The notes under the pieces were generated by a model that worked only from the letters and a program-made list of their open reading frames with translations, was not told the DNA's origin and made no database searches. DNA of 64,000 nucleotides from NCBI GenBank assembly GCA_012518115.1, contig JAAYTD010000031.1, positions 26,464 to 90,463 of the forward strand, in the 5' to 3' direction. Position numbers and translations under genes: made by a program. Positions 1-8,830 of the stretch are shown here, one piece after another; the stretch's first letter is position 1, and every line of letters starts with the position of its first letter. Source of the stretch: Ignavibacteria bacterium. Lineage in GTDB: Bacteria; Bacteroidota; Ignavibacteria; Kapaibacteriales; UBA2268.

Positions 1-538
1 CTTTCAAGCAACGCTCTAATCCTTTTACTTTTTTCCCTGTAGTAGGATCTGTTTCTTCAACATCACGCATATCGCTATGATTATAGATCCAACGTTGTGC
101 TTTACTTAATCTTATACCATCAATTATTGACGCATGATTTAAAGCATCTGTTAATATAGCATCTTCTTCTGAAAATAAAGGTTCAAAAAGAGCTCCATTC
201 GCATCAAAACAAGAACAGAATAAAATAGCATCTTCCATACCTAAAAATTTTGCTATTTTTTCTTCCAATTCTTTATGTATATCTTGCGTTCCGCAAATAA
301 ATCTTACGGAAGATAAACCAAAGCCACGTTTATCAATAGCATCATGAGCAGCTTTTATAAGTTCAGGATGCGAAGATAAACCTAAATAATTGTTAGCACA
401 GAAATTTAAAACTTTTTTGCCCTTAACAATAATTTCAGCCGATTGCGGACTTTCTATAATACGCTCGTGTTTATATAAATTTTGAGATTCTAGTTCTTGT
501 AACTCCTTTACAAGATATTCTTTAAGATTACCAAACAT
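1..538 (-). CDS. kbl: 2-amino-3-ketobutyrate CoA ligase (glycine C-acetyltransferase), N-terminal part; the gene runs off the window start
   Basis: Not in the ORF track because it is truncated. My translation of the minus strand from ATG at 538-536 gives [92 protein letters not shown]...[15 protein letters not shown]. This is colinear with E. coli Kbl ([30 protein letters not shown]). Confidence 0.85.
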   Translation of the reverse strand, partial: MFGNLKEYLVKELQELESQNLYKHERIIESPQSAEIIVKGKKVLNFCANNYLGLSSHPELIKAAHDAIDKRGFGLSSVRFICGTQDIHKELEEKIAKFLGMEDAILFCSCFDANGALFEPLFSEEDAILTDALNHASIIDGIRLSKAQRWIYNHSDMRDVEETDPTTGKKVKGLERCLK

Positions 539-672
539 TTTTTTACCTTTCTATAAAATTAATGAATAATTATTTCGATATAGTTTTTATTTTCTGGAAA
601 ATTATAATATTATAAATATACAAAAATTATTTCAGAATATTGATATTTTTAACAATTTATCTGTCATTAATT

Positions 673-729
673 TCAATACTTTTTGAAAAATAAAAATGAA
701 GCTAAGGAACACAAAAGAATCTTTTTCAT
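673..729 (-). pseudogene. 18-codon remnant of a signal peptide (MKKILLCSLASFLFFKKY*), a relic of a lost tandem paralogue of the 733..2151 gene
   Basis: It lies inside a ~55-bp direct repeat (686-740 vs 2108-2162) that copies the start-codon region of the upstream gene. The reading frame stops after 18 codons. Confidence 0.5.
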
Positions 730-732
730 AAA

Positions 733-2151
733 CTACCTCGCTACTATAAACTTAAAACTTTCGTCATTTACACGCAAAAAATAAACGCCAGCCGGCAAAT
801 TTTGTATATTATAACTAAATACATTCTCACCTACATAATCACCTTCTGCTACTATACATAATTCTTTGCCGCTGTTATCAAATATCTTTATTAAACAATG
901 ACTAAAAGAAGGTAAAAACAATGTGAAACGTAAGAACTCTTTATCTACAAAAAAATTACTAACAATTGCAGAATAAGAAGATACAGAACCAGTAGAATCT
1001 ATAGTATAAACTCCTATATTGACTTCTGTAACTCCATCTCCTATACTTTTTGTAGTATCGGCTAAATAATAACCATTGTGATAATCCAATAAATAAAGTG
1101 GCGTCCAAAAATCCTCTAATACACTACAATTTGAAAAATCATATATACGATAATTAAAGCCTTGTTCTTCGTTACTGCCTAATATAAATATATAATTGTC
1201 ATTATCTAAAAAGGAGACCTTACTACCAAAATCATCATCTTTTTTACATTCATTCACTAATTTACCTTCCGCATCTAAATCAAATACTTTAATATGATGA
1301 GTATGACCAATTATATCGCCATAATTATCCCGAATGTCTTCTTTACACTTAACATATAACTTATTATCATCACTTAAATGAAATGGAGTAGAAGTATATC
1401 GCTCATCAATATAACCATTGTATTCATACCAGCTCATTGTTAGTCCGTATAATGCCTTATGTGTTTTTGCATCATAAACTGTGGTAAGCAAATAAGGCGC
1501 CTGATAGTAAGAATCATCGTGTTGCTCGGTTAATACTACATAATACTTACCGTCTTTACTTGTTAACAAACTATCGAAACGGGTTTCGTGTCCTAATTCT
1601 ATCTCCGTTAGTTTTAAGCTTTCTATGTTTAATACTAAAAGTTTACCATTACCATAGGGATATGGTGTAGAACCTGAAGTATCTAAAATAAAAACAGATG
1701 TATATAATTCCTTATCGTCAGCACTAAAAAATACTTTCTGATTTTTATAAGACTTGTAACTATAAGGCAAAGGTATTTCTTTGTAAAGTCCAAAGTTTTG
1801 CGTATCGTAAAGAAGTATTGTTGGAGAGGTCACTGATGAACTAGGAAGCATAACTGCTAAATACTTGCCATCATGTGATATAGTACCATTACCTATAGCT
1901 GAAGTATAATATAGTATTTTACCATTAAGAGCATCTAATACATAGATATAGTTAATACTACTACCATAATAAATAACTATAATTTTTGTACCATCGTCAG
2001 AAAAACGTTGTTCTTGCCCATAAACCTGATCGTTTTTCCATACTTGCTTAAACACTTTGCCTGCGGAAGTAGCGCTACTTGGTAGCATTAAAAAACCGAA
2101 TAAAACAAAAAATAAAAATGAAGTTAAAGGACGAAAAAGAATCTTTTTCAT
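733..2151 (-). CDS. Secreted beta-propeller-like protein with T9SS C-terminal sorting domain
   Basis: N-terminal signal peptide (MKKILFRPLTSFLFFVLFGFLMLPSSA). The last ~70 aa look like a Por-secretion tail (KIFDNSGKELCIV...LPAGVYFLRVNDESFKFIVAR). Confidence 0.6.
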   Translation of the reverse strand: MKKILFRPLTSFLFFVLFGFLMLPSSATSAGKVFKQVWKNDQVYGQEQRFSDDGTKIIVIYYGSSINYIYVLDALNGKILYYTSAIGNGTISHDGKYLAVMLPSSSVTSPTILLYDTQNFGLYKEIPLPYSYKSYKNQKVFFSADDKELYTSVFILDTSGSTPYPYGNGKLLVLNIESLKLTEIELGHETRFDSLLTSKDGKYYVVLTEQHDDSYYQAPYLLTTVYDAKTHKALYGLTMSWYEYNGYIDERYTSTPFHLSDDNKLYVKCKEDIRDNYGDIIGHTHHIKVFDLDAEGKLVNECKKDDDFGSKVSFLDNDNYIFILGSNEEQGFNYRIYDFSNCSVLEDFWTPLYLLDYHNGYYLADTTKSIGDGVTEVNIGVYTIDSTGSVSSYSAIVSNFFVDKEFLRFTLFLPSFSHCLIKIFDNSGKELCIVAEGDYVGENVFSYNIQNLPAGVYFLRVNDESFKFIVAR

Positions 2152-2285
2152 AAACTACCTCGTTGAAAATTATTAAAAAAAATATAGCTTATAAATAAGA
2201 CACTATTTTTTTGGTTTTGTTACATTTTAGTGTTTTTTTATATTTTTTTAGAAAATTATTAAAAATAATTTTGTACAATATACTT

Positions 2286-2633
2286 TTAATTAGATTCTTC
2301 TAATTCAGATAAAGCTTCTTCAACTGTAGGAAAATATGTAAAGAGCTCTTCTATTCGCGTAATACTAAGTAAATTCTGCAAAAAATCTTGAACGCCCACC
2401 AAAATTACAGGGACTTCACTCCCTTTATATTGACGATGAGCTAAAAGTAGTGCTCCTAAGCCCGAACTATCCATCATAGATACATCAGTTAAATCTATGA
2501 TAAGAGCTCTTACATCGGGTTGAGCAACTATTAAAATTTTTGCTTTCAATTCAGCAGCAGTTTTACCTTTAATTGTTTCGTCTAAAACTTTGAAAATTAC
2601 AACATCATCTTTGTTTTCTAATTTGAAATTCAT
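2286..2633 (-). CDS. STAS-domain anti-sigma-factor antagonist (SpoIIAA/RsbV-like)
   Basis: 115 aa. Contains IIDLTDVSMMDSSGLGALL with the conserved phosphorylatable Ser in DSSGLG. Confidence 0.8.
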   Translation of the reverse strand: MNFKLENKDDVVIFKVLDETIKGKTAAELKAKILIVAQPDVRALIIDLTDVSMMDSSGLGALLLAHRQYKGSEVPVILVGVQDFLQNLLSITRIEELFTYFPTVEEALSELEESN

Positions 2634-2746
2634 AGCTATTTATAAGAAATATTAAACTTTTTTATAATTATAGAAAATGAATTTAACATTATTTTTCATA
2701 ATTTCATATTTTTTTTTTAATTTTATAGAAAATAATTTGAAAAAAT

Positions 2747-3787
2747 ATGAAAAAACAAACAAATTTTACAATTATACGACTTTCTTCTATTGGCGATATT
2801 GTTTTAACTTCTGCTTTAATCAGGTCTATAAAAAGTACGTATCCTGAAGCAAAAATAGACTTTATAACAGATAAAGCGTTCAAAGAAGTTCTTGAATTTA
2901 ATCCACATATCAATAAACTTATTTTATATGACAAAAAAAACAGCTTAGCTAGTAATGATATTTTGAGAAATGAAATTTGCGAAGAAACAAAGATTATTGA
3001 TTTACAAAATAATTTTCGTACAAAATTTTTGCTAAGAAACTTCAAACAAGTTGCAAAAATGAAAAAAAGACGATTACAAAAATTACTCTTAGTTCATTTT
3101 AAAAAAACTCCTAAAGAACAACCAATAATTCCGCTTTTATATATTCAAACAGCAGAAAAATTTTGCATAAAACATGATGGTAACGGATTAGAATTTTGGT
3201 TAGAAGAAGAAAAGAAATTAGATTATTATCCACCTGCTGAAAATAAACAAAATTTTAAGTTACAACGCATTGGAATTGCACCCGGCGCTAAACATTTTAC
3301 AAAACGTTGGCTTACAGAAAACTTTGTTGAACTTATTGAAAAAATACACAATAAATTTAATGTTGAATTTTACTTGCTTGGCGGAATTAGTGATATGAAA
3401 ATTTGCGAAGAAATAGTAGAAAAAATAAATCGAAAAAAGCAAAGTATCAAAATACAAAATACGTCAGGACAAACTTCCTTACTAACTAGCGCCAAACTAA
3501 TTGATAGTTGCGATATAATCATAACAAACGATACAGGACTTATGCACATTGCAGCAGCACGACACATTCCTATAATTGCAATTTTTGGCTCTACAGTAAA
3601 AGAACTTGGCTTTGCTCCTTTTGGCGTAGAACATATTATTTGCGAAGCGGAAGTTTCTTGTCGTCCTTGCACACATATCGGACGTGCGAAATGTCCTAAA
3701 AAACATTTTGATTGTATGCAAAAAATAACAGCAGAAAAAGTATTTCAAGATTTTGAAAAATTTACAAATTATTTACAAAGCAAATAA
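2747..3787 (+). CDS. Glycosyltransferase family 9 (LPS heptosyltransferase-like)
   Basis: N-terminal IIRLSSIGDIVLTSALIRSIKSTYPEAKIDFIT and C-terminal ITNDTGLMHIAAA...CRPC motif are typical of GT9. Confidence 0.75.
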   Translation: MKKQTNFTIIRLSSIGDIVLTSALIRSIKSTYPEAKIDFITDKAFKEVLEFNPHINKLILYDKKNSLASNDILRNEICEETKIIDLQNNFRTKFLLRNFKQVAKMKKRRLQKLLLVHFKKTPKEQPIIPLLYIQTAEKFCIKHDGNGLEFWLEEEKKLDYYPPAENKQNFKLQRIGIAPGAKHFTKRWLTENFVELIEKIHNKFNVEFYLLGGISDMKICEEIVEKINRKKQSIKIQNTSGQTSLLTSAKLIDSCDIIITNDTGLMHIAAARHIPIIAIFGSTVKELGFAPFGVEHIICEAEVSCRPCTHIGRAKCPKKHFDCMQKITAEKVFQDFEKFTNYLQSK

Positions 3788-3836
3788 GAAATTTTGCATA
3801 CAAGGTATTTTTAATCATAGTTCAGACAAAATATAA
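3788..3836 (+). repeat. Truncated copy of the mosaic intergenic repeat family (terminal module ...AATCATAGTTCAGACAAAA)
   Basis: gaaattttgcatacaaggtatttttaatcatagttcagacaaaa aligns with ggaatttgcag...caagtataattttaaaaatcata...cacagttcagacaaaa of the 53726-53854 copy, with an internal deletion. It starts right after the stop codon. Confidence 0.6.
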
Positions 3837-3880
3837 AAAAAGACAATGTAACTTTTATATAAATCACATTGTCTTTCTTC
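3832..3880. terminator. Bidirectional rho-independent terminator between convergent genes
   Basis: 11-bp perfect stem AAAGACAATGT (3839-3849) / ACATTGTCTTT (3866-3876), flanked by an A-run upstream and a T-rich tract downstream. Confidence 0.65.
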
Positions 3881-3899
3881 TTACGAATTTATTTAACTT

Positions 3900-4676
3900 T
3901 TACTTTTGAGCCCCACTCTCTTCTGGAGCAGCATCTATAAGCTCAATTTCAAAAATAACTACAGAATGTGGCGGTATAACTCCCGTATCTGCATCGTCAT
4001 ATGCTAAATGTGGTGGTGCATAAATTTCCCATTTAGAACCAACTTTCATAGTTAAAAACGCTTCTTTCCAAGCAGGCAATCCTATTTCTTTTAGAGAAAT
4101 TTCAGGAGCTGTTGGCATATTGTAAGTATTTTGAAATTCTTCGCCATCAATGAATTTTCCAATCACGTGAAATTGTACTTTATAATTTTCTTTAGGAACA
4201 ATTCCTTGTCCTTCATTAATAACTTTATATTGCAATCCACTTTTTGTAGTTATCACGCCCGGTTTATTTTTATTTTCAGCTAAGAATTTTTCTCCACTTT
4301 CTTTAGCTACTTTTGAACGTTCTTCATACTTAGCTTGTCTTTCTGCTGCTTTTGCTTGCTGTTTTTCAGACATCATATTTTGCAAGTTTTGCATAACAGA
4401 GTCTCTTTCTTCTTTAGAAAGTAATGCAGTAAAAGTTGTATCTTGAATTTTCAATCCGTCAGCAATTCCTCTATATACATAATCAAGATTTACATTAATA
4501 GAGTCATCAGCTAAAGCTTTAAGATAATTACTACCAATATCATATCCAAGTGCATAGCTATATTGGTCATATTCGGCAGTTGGAGCGCTCAGCTCTTTTT
4601 CTTTTACATTTTCTTTATTACAAGAAAACAATAATAACGAAAGTGTTGCAATAGCAACGATGTTTTTTAATTTCAT
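3900..4676 (-). CDS. FKBP-type peptidyl-prolyl cis-trans isomerase, lipoprotein (FkpA/Mip-like)
   Basis: Lipobox LLLFSC. N-terminal dimerisation-type helical region, then a C-terminal FKBP domain (GLQYKVINEGQG...FHVIGKFIDGEEF...VIPPHSVVIFEIELID). Confidence 0.85.
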   Translation of the reverse strand: MKLKNIVAIATLSLLLFSCNKENVKEKELSAPTAEYDQYSYALGYDIGSNYLKALADDSINVNLDYVYRGIADGLKIQDTTFTALLSKEERDSVMQNLQNMMSEKQQAKAAERQAKYEERSKVAKESGEKFLAENKNKPGVITTKSGLQYKVINEGQGIVPKENYKVQFHVIGKFIDGEEFQNTYNMPTAPEISLKEIGLPAWKEAFLTMKVGSKWEIYAPPHLAYDDADTGVIPPHSVVIFEIELIDAAPEESGAQK

Positions 4677-4713
4677 TTCTTTTAAAATTTAGTTTAATAA
4701 AAATTATAATTAC

Positions 4714-5769
4714 TTATTTTTCTTCTCTTCCGAAAACGTTCTTTTTTAGTTGTTCAACATCTACAATAAGATCGGGCAAACGTCTTAAACAAGCTTCAAT
4801 TTTAAAAGCAGTAATCTTTGGTTTTGCAGGCGAACCGAAATACATTCCTTCTTCTTTAATTGATTTTGCAACCCCTGATTGAGCAGCAATAATCACATTA
4901 CTAACCGTTTCTAAATGTCCTGCCAATCCTACTTGTCCGCCCAATCTGTTTCGTTCCCCTACTTTTGCAGAGCCAGATATTCCGACTTGTGCTGCCATTG
5001 CTGAATTTTTTCCAACTTTACAATTATGAGCAATGTGCACTAAGTTATCTATTTTAACTCCATCTTCTATAATAGTACTATCAAGCAGCGCTCTGTCTAT
5101 TGTAGAATTTGCACCAACTTCAACTTTATCTCCAATAATTACATTACCTAAATGAGGAATTTTATCGTAAGAACCGTCTTCTTTATTCTCAATAAATCCA
5201 AAGCCGTCTGATCCTATAACTGCACCAGAATGAATTATACACTCATTTCCTATAATTGTATCTGAATAGCAGACAACATTTGAATTAATTTCTGTTTTTT
5301 GTCCTATAATTACATTGTCATAAAGCACTACATTCGGCTTAATAACAACATCGTCTGCTATCACACAATTTGCACCAATATAGCAACGCGCTCCAATAAC
5401 AGCTGATTTGCTAACTTTAGCAGTAGCATCAATTATAGCACTTCTATGTATAGTACCCTTTTTCGGCTTACTATTATTAACAACTACTAATTTAAGTATC
5501 TTAACTAAACTTAAATAAGGGTCTTTACATTCAATTATAGATTGCTGAGGTTTCGGCACTAAAACTATACCTTCTGGAACTAATATACAAGAAGCTTTCG
5601 TTTCACTTAAATATTTTTCATAGTCGCTCCGCGAAACAAAAGTTAAATCTCCAGGTTTACTGTTTTCAATACGACTAATATTAGTAATGGAAGTCGTTTC
5701 TGGTCCTATTAATTTCCCATTAACAATTCCTGCAATTTCTATAGGCGTTAATTTAATTTTGTAATTCAA
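4714..5769 (-). CDS. lpxD: UDP-3-O-acylglucosamine N-acyltransferase
   Basis: 351 aa with long left-handed beta-helix hexapeptide repeats and LpxD-type N- and C-termini (HIAHNCKVG, GISGS). TTG start preceded by AAGGAAG. Confidence 0.85.
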   Translation of the reverse strand: MNYKIKLTPIEIAGIVNGKLIGPETTSITNISRIENSKPGDLTFVSRSDYEKYLSETKASCILVPEGIVLVPKPQQSIIECKDPYLSLVKILKLVVVNNSKPKKGTIHRSAIIDATAKVSKSAVIGARCYIGANCVIADDVVIKPNVVLYDNVIIGQKTEINSNVVCYSDTIIGNECIIHSGAVIGSDGFGFIENKEDGSYDKIPHLGNVIIGDKVEVGANSTIDRALLDSTIIEDGVKIDNLVHIAHNCKVGKNSAMAAQVGISGSAKVGERNRLGGQVGLAGHLETVSNVIIAAQSGVAKSIKEEGMYFGSPAKPKITAFKIEACLRRLPDLIVDVEQLKKNVFGREEK

Positions 5770-5798
5770 AATTCTTCCTTTTTATATAATTAATTTAT

Positions 5799-6905
5799 CT
5801 AAATAATCAACATTGCATCACCATATATTAAGAAGCGATATTCTTCTCTAACCGCTCTTTTATATGCTTTTAATAAAAATTCACGGTCTGCAAATGCAGC
5901 TGCTAGTAACATAGCAGGCGAATTTGCTTGATGAAAATTAGTAAGTAAGCGAGTTACAACTTTAAAATCATAAGGCGGATATATGAATTTATCCGTCCAA
6001 CCACGATTCGGTTTGACTTTCCTATTTGTTAAGACAGACGACTCTAAAGCACGTACCACACTAGAACCCACAGCATAAATATGTTTTCCCATACTCAAAG
6101 ATTTATTAATTGTTTCAGCAGCTTCTCGTGTAATTTCAAAATTTTCTGAATACATTCTATGTTTAGTTAAATCTTCTACCTCTATCTTATCGAAAATACT
6201 TTGTCCTATATGCAAAACTATTTTTACTATTTTCACACCTTTTTTCTTTAACTCATCAAGTATTTCATTAGTAAAATGTAATCCTGCTCCAGGTGGAGCT
6301 ATAGAAGCTATGTGATCATCACTTGCAAATTCTGTTTGATAAGAACGTTTATCAAACTCGACAGGTTCTCTCTTGATATAATCAGGAAGCGGCATTTCGC
6401 CAATCCTATCAACTATTCTATAAATATCTCCTTCGTAAAAGAAACGCACAGAACGTCCTCGTGAAGTTGTATTGTCTATAATTTCACAAAATACTTTCCC
6501 ATTATCAAAATATATTCTATTGCCGATTCTAACTTTCCTAGCCGGCTCAACTAATACATCCCAGATTTGCTTCTCGTCCATTCTACCTTCGTCACCTACA
6601 AATCCTATGCGAGACAGGTCTATGTTTTTTGGCTGTTCAGCCTTTAATTCTCGCAATAAAAGTACCTCTATATTCGCATTTGTTTTTTCTTTTTGACCAT
6701 AAATCTTTGCAGGAAATACTTTTGTTTCGTTCAAAACAATACAATCTCCTTTCTGAAAATAATTAACTATATCTTCAAATTGTTGATTTAATATCTCACC
6801 TGTTTCTCTATTTAAAACCATCATACGAGATGAATTGCGAGGGTCTACCGGGAATTTAGCAATTAAGCTTTTAGGAAGTGTGTACTTAAAATCTATCAAT
6901 CTCAT
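5799..6905 (-). CDS. queA: S-adenosylmethionine:tRNA ribosyltransferase-isomerase
   Basis: MRLIDFKYTLPKSLIAKFPVDPRNSSRMMVL, AGLHFT and TNFHQANSPAMLL are hallmarks of QueA. Confidence 0.9.
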   Translation of the reverse strand: MRLIDFKYTLPKSLIAKFPVDPRNSSRMMVLNRETGEILNQQFEDIVNYFQKGDCIVLNETKVFPAKIYGQKEKTNANIEVLLLRELKAEQPKNIDLSRIGFVGDEGRMDEKQIWDVLVEPARKVRIGNRIYFDNGKVFCEIIDNTTSRGRSVRFFYEGDIYRIVDRIGEMPLPDYIKREPVEFDKRSYQTEFASDDHIASIAPPGAGLHFTNEILDELKKKGVKIVKIVLHIGQSIFDKIEVEDLTKHRMYSENFEITREAAETINKSLSMGKHIYAVGSSVVRALESSVLTNRKVKPNRGWTDKFIYPPYDFKVVTRLLTNFHQANSPAMLLAAAFADREFLLKAYKRAVREEYRFLIYGDAMLII

Positions 6906-7047
6906 AAGTATTATTATACCTTTTAATTATATCTTTTTGATTTTTTGAATAAATATTGGCTATAATAGTTACAAAAATACACTTTTTTTTATCTTTTTCC
7001 AAATAAAATTGATTATTAAATAGAAAAAACGTATATTTGCAAAATTT

Positions 7048-8139
7048 ATGAACAGAACAACACAAACTCTAAACAAACAAAATAATTATCTTTTGATTTT
7101 ACAAACTGCATTTATAGGAGACGTTACACTATCGCTATTTTTTGCTGAAGAGCTCAAACAAATTTTTCCCGACAAAAAAATAATTTTCGTTACAACAAAA
7201 ATATCCGCTCCAATTGTAAAATGTGCAAAAGCTATAGATGAAGTTATTGTTTTTGACAAAAGAAAATCTCATAAAAAAATCAAAGATATGAAAAAATTAG
7301 CTGATGAAATCAACGAGAAATTTGAAATTGATATAATTTTTTCTCTTCATCGCTCAATGCGTTCTACCCTATTTACAAAGTTTATTAATGCAAAAAAACG
7401 TGTAGGCTTTAATAGTGCTGCTTTTTCTTTTTTATATGACACTAAAATAAAATATGCAAAAAATCTACATGAAAAAGATAGAAATAGTGCTTTTTTGTCT
7501 ATATTTAATGATGTAAGTCATAATAAACAGAACAAGATAAAAAATGTTGAAATTACAATTTCTAATCAAGATATAAAAACAACCGAAACATTATTAGAAA
7601 ACTTGCCAACTAATAAAAAAAATATAACAATAGCTATCGGATCGGTATGGAACACAAAACGCTGGTCTGCAGATTATTTCAAAATTCTAGCAGAAAAACT
7701 TTTAGAAGTAAATTACAACGTGATTTTAATAGGGTCAGAAGCAGAACGCACTGAAAGCGAAACAATCGCTAATTCAATCGGAGCTCATTCCTTAGCAGGC
7801 AAAACAACCCTTCCGCAAACTTTGCAAGTTATAAAAAATTCTGTTCTTTTAATAACTAACGATTCAGCACCTACACATTTTGCAAGCATACTGAATGTGC
7901 CAACAATTACAATATTTGGACCAACTTCACCAATATTTGGATTTGCCCCATTAGCTGATTTCTCTGAAGTCGCAGAAGATAAAGAACTTTTTTGCCGCCC
8001 TTGTTCAATACACGGCGAAAAAAAATGTCCGCGAAAAAATCACATGTGTATGAACAATATAACACCTGAATTTGTCTATAATCTAGCTATGAGTATTTTA
8101 GAAAAATGCAAAAAACAAGAACAGATTTTACCCAATTAA
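7048..8139 (+). CDS. Glycosyltransferase family 9 (second heptosyltransferase-like)
   Basis: LILQTAFIGDVTLSL...ITNDSAPTHFAS...CRPCSIHG. Paralogous architecture to 2747..3787. Confidence 0.7.
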   Translation: MNRTTQTLNKQNNYLLILQTAFIGDVTLSLFFAEELKQIFPDKKIIFVTTKISAPIVKCAKAIDEVIVFDKRKSHKKIKDMKKLADEINEKFEIDIIFSLHRSMRSTLFTKFINAKKRVGFNSAAFSFLYDTKIKYAKNLHEKDRNSAFLSIFNDVSHNKQNKIKNVEITISNQDIKTTETLLENLPTNKKNITIAIGSVWNTKRWSADYFKILAEKLLEVNYNVILIGSEAERTESETIANSIGAHSLAGKTTLPQTLQVIKNSVLLITNDSAPTHFASILNVPTITIFGPTSPIFGFAPLADFSEVAEDKELFCRPCSIHGEKKCPRKNHMCMNNITPEFVYNLAMSILEKCKKQEQILPN

Positions 8140-8152
8140 CATTAAACAAAAT

Positions 8153-8830
8153 CTATACTTGTACTCCGTCTGTTAATTTCTCAAGTCCAATTTTTTGTAC
8201 AAATATAGTACTTAATCTATAAGCAGTATAAGCAAAAAATAGAGCTGCATAAACATCTATAGTGTAATGAACTCTTTGAAAAAGCACCCCACATACAGTA
8301 ATAACCAATCCTATACTTAAAAAACCTCTTAACTTTTTATTTTCGGTCATTAATAAAGCCATAAATGTTGTAGAAGTATGCCCTGAATAAAATAAATCTT
8401 TAGTAATAATTTCACCGCCGCCGAACAGAATTAATATCGGATCTATAAGCGGAATTGTACCTGGTGGCGGGTCAAGTGGCAACAAAAACAAAGCAAAAAC
8501 ACGAAAGAAATAAACAAGAAAATATCCACCTAATAATTTTAGAAAGTTTTCAGGCTTCAACAGAGCTGCTAAAATTGCTATTAAGTGCGTAAGATATATT
8601 GAAATAAATGTCAAAGCATTTAATGCTACTGGTGGGATTTCCCCTAATAATGGATCTGAAAAAGAAAATCCCGGTCGGAGCTCTATTTGTGAGTGAAATT
8701 GAGAAATAAATGCCATTAGCATTAAAAAAGCAACAAACATAGATGTTAGAACAGCTACAAACTTTTTGTTCTTAGTTGCTTCTTTCCAACGTAATTTTAG
8801 AGTATTGATATAGTTTTTCATAAAATTCAT
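8153..8830 (-). CDS. PAP2_C / sphingomyelin-synthase-like membrane phosphotransferase
   Basis: Polytopic membrane protein carrying the SMS D3/D4-type motifs DLFYSGHTS and HYTIDVYAALFFAY. Confidence 0.6.
   Translation of the reverse strand: MNFMKNYINTLKLRWKEATKNKKFVAVLTSMFVAFLMLMAFISQFHSQIELRPGFSFSDPLLGEIPPVALNALTFISIYLTHLIAILAALLKPENFLKLLGGYFLVYFFRVFALFLLPLDPPPGTIPLIDPILILFGGGEIITKDLFYSGHTSTTFMALLMTENKKLRGFLSIGLVITVCGVLFQRVHYTIDVYAALFFAYTAYRLSTIFVQKIGLEKLTDGVQV

Noticed and set aside
2704-3672. Long antisense ORFs inside real genes (2704-3045, 3370-3672, 3497-3748; also 9464-9802, 27998-28324, 36274-36570, 40053-40358, 48440-48814, 48995-49306, 62969-63277)
   Set aside because: Each lies wholly within a well-supported gene on the other strand and has low-complexity or Cys/Phe/Ile-rich composition. 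They are typical shadow ORFs with no recognisable motif.
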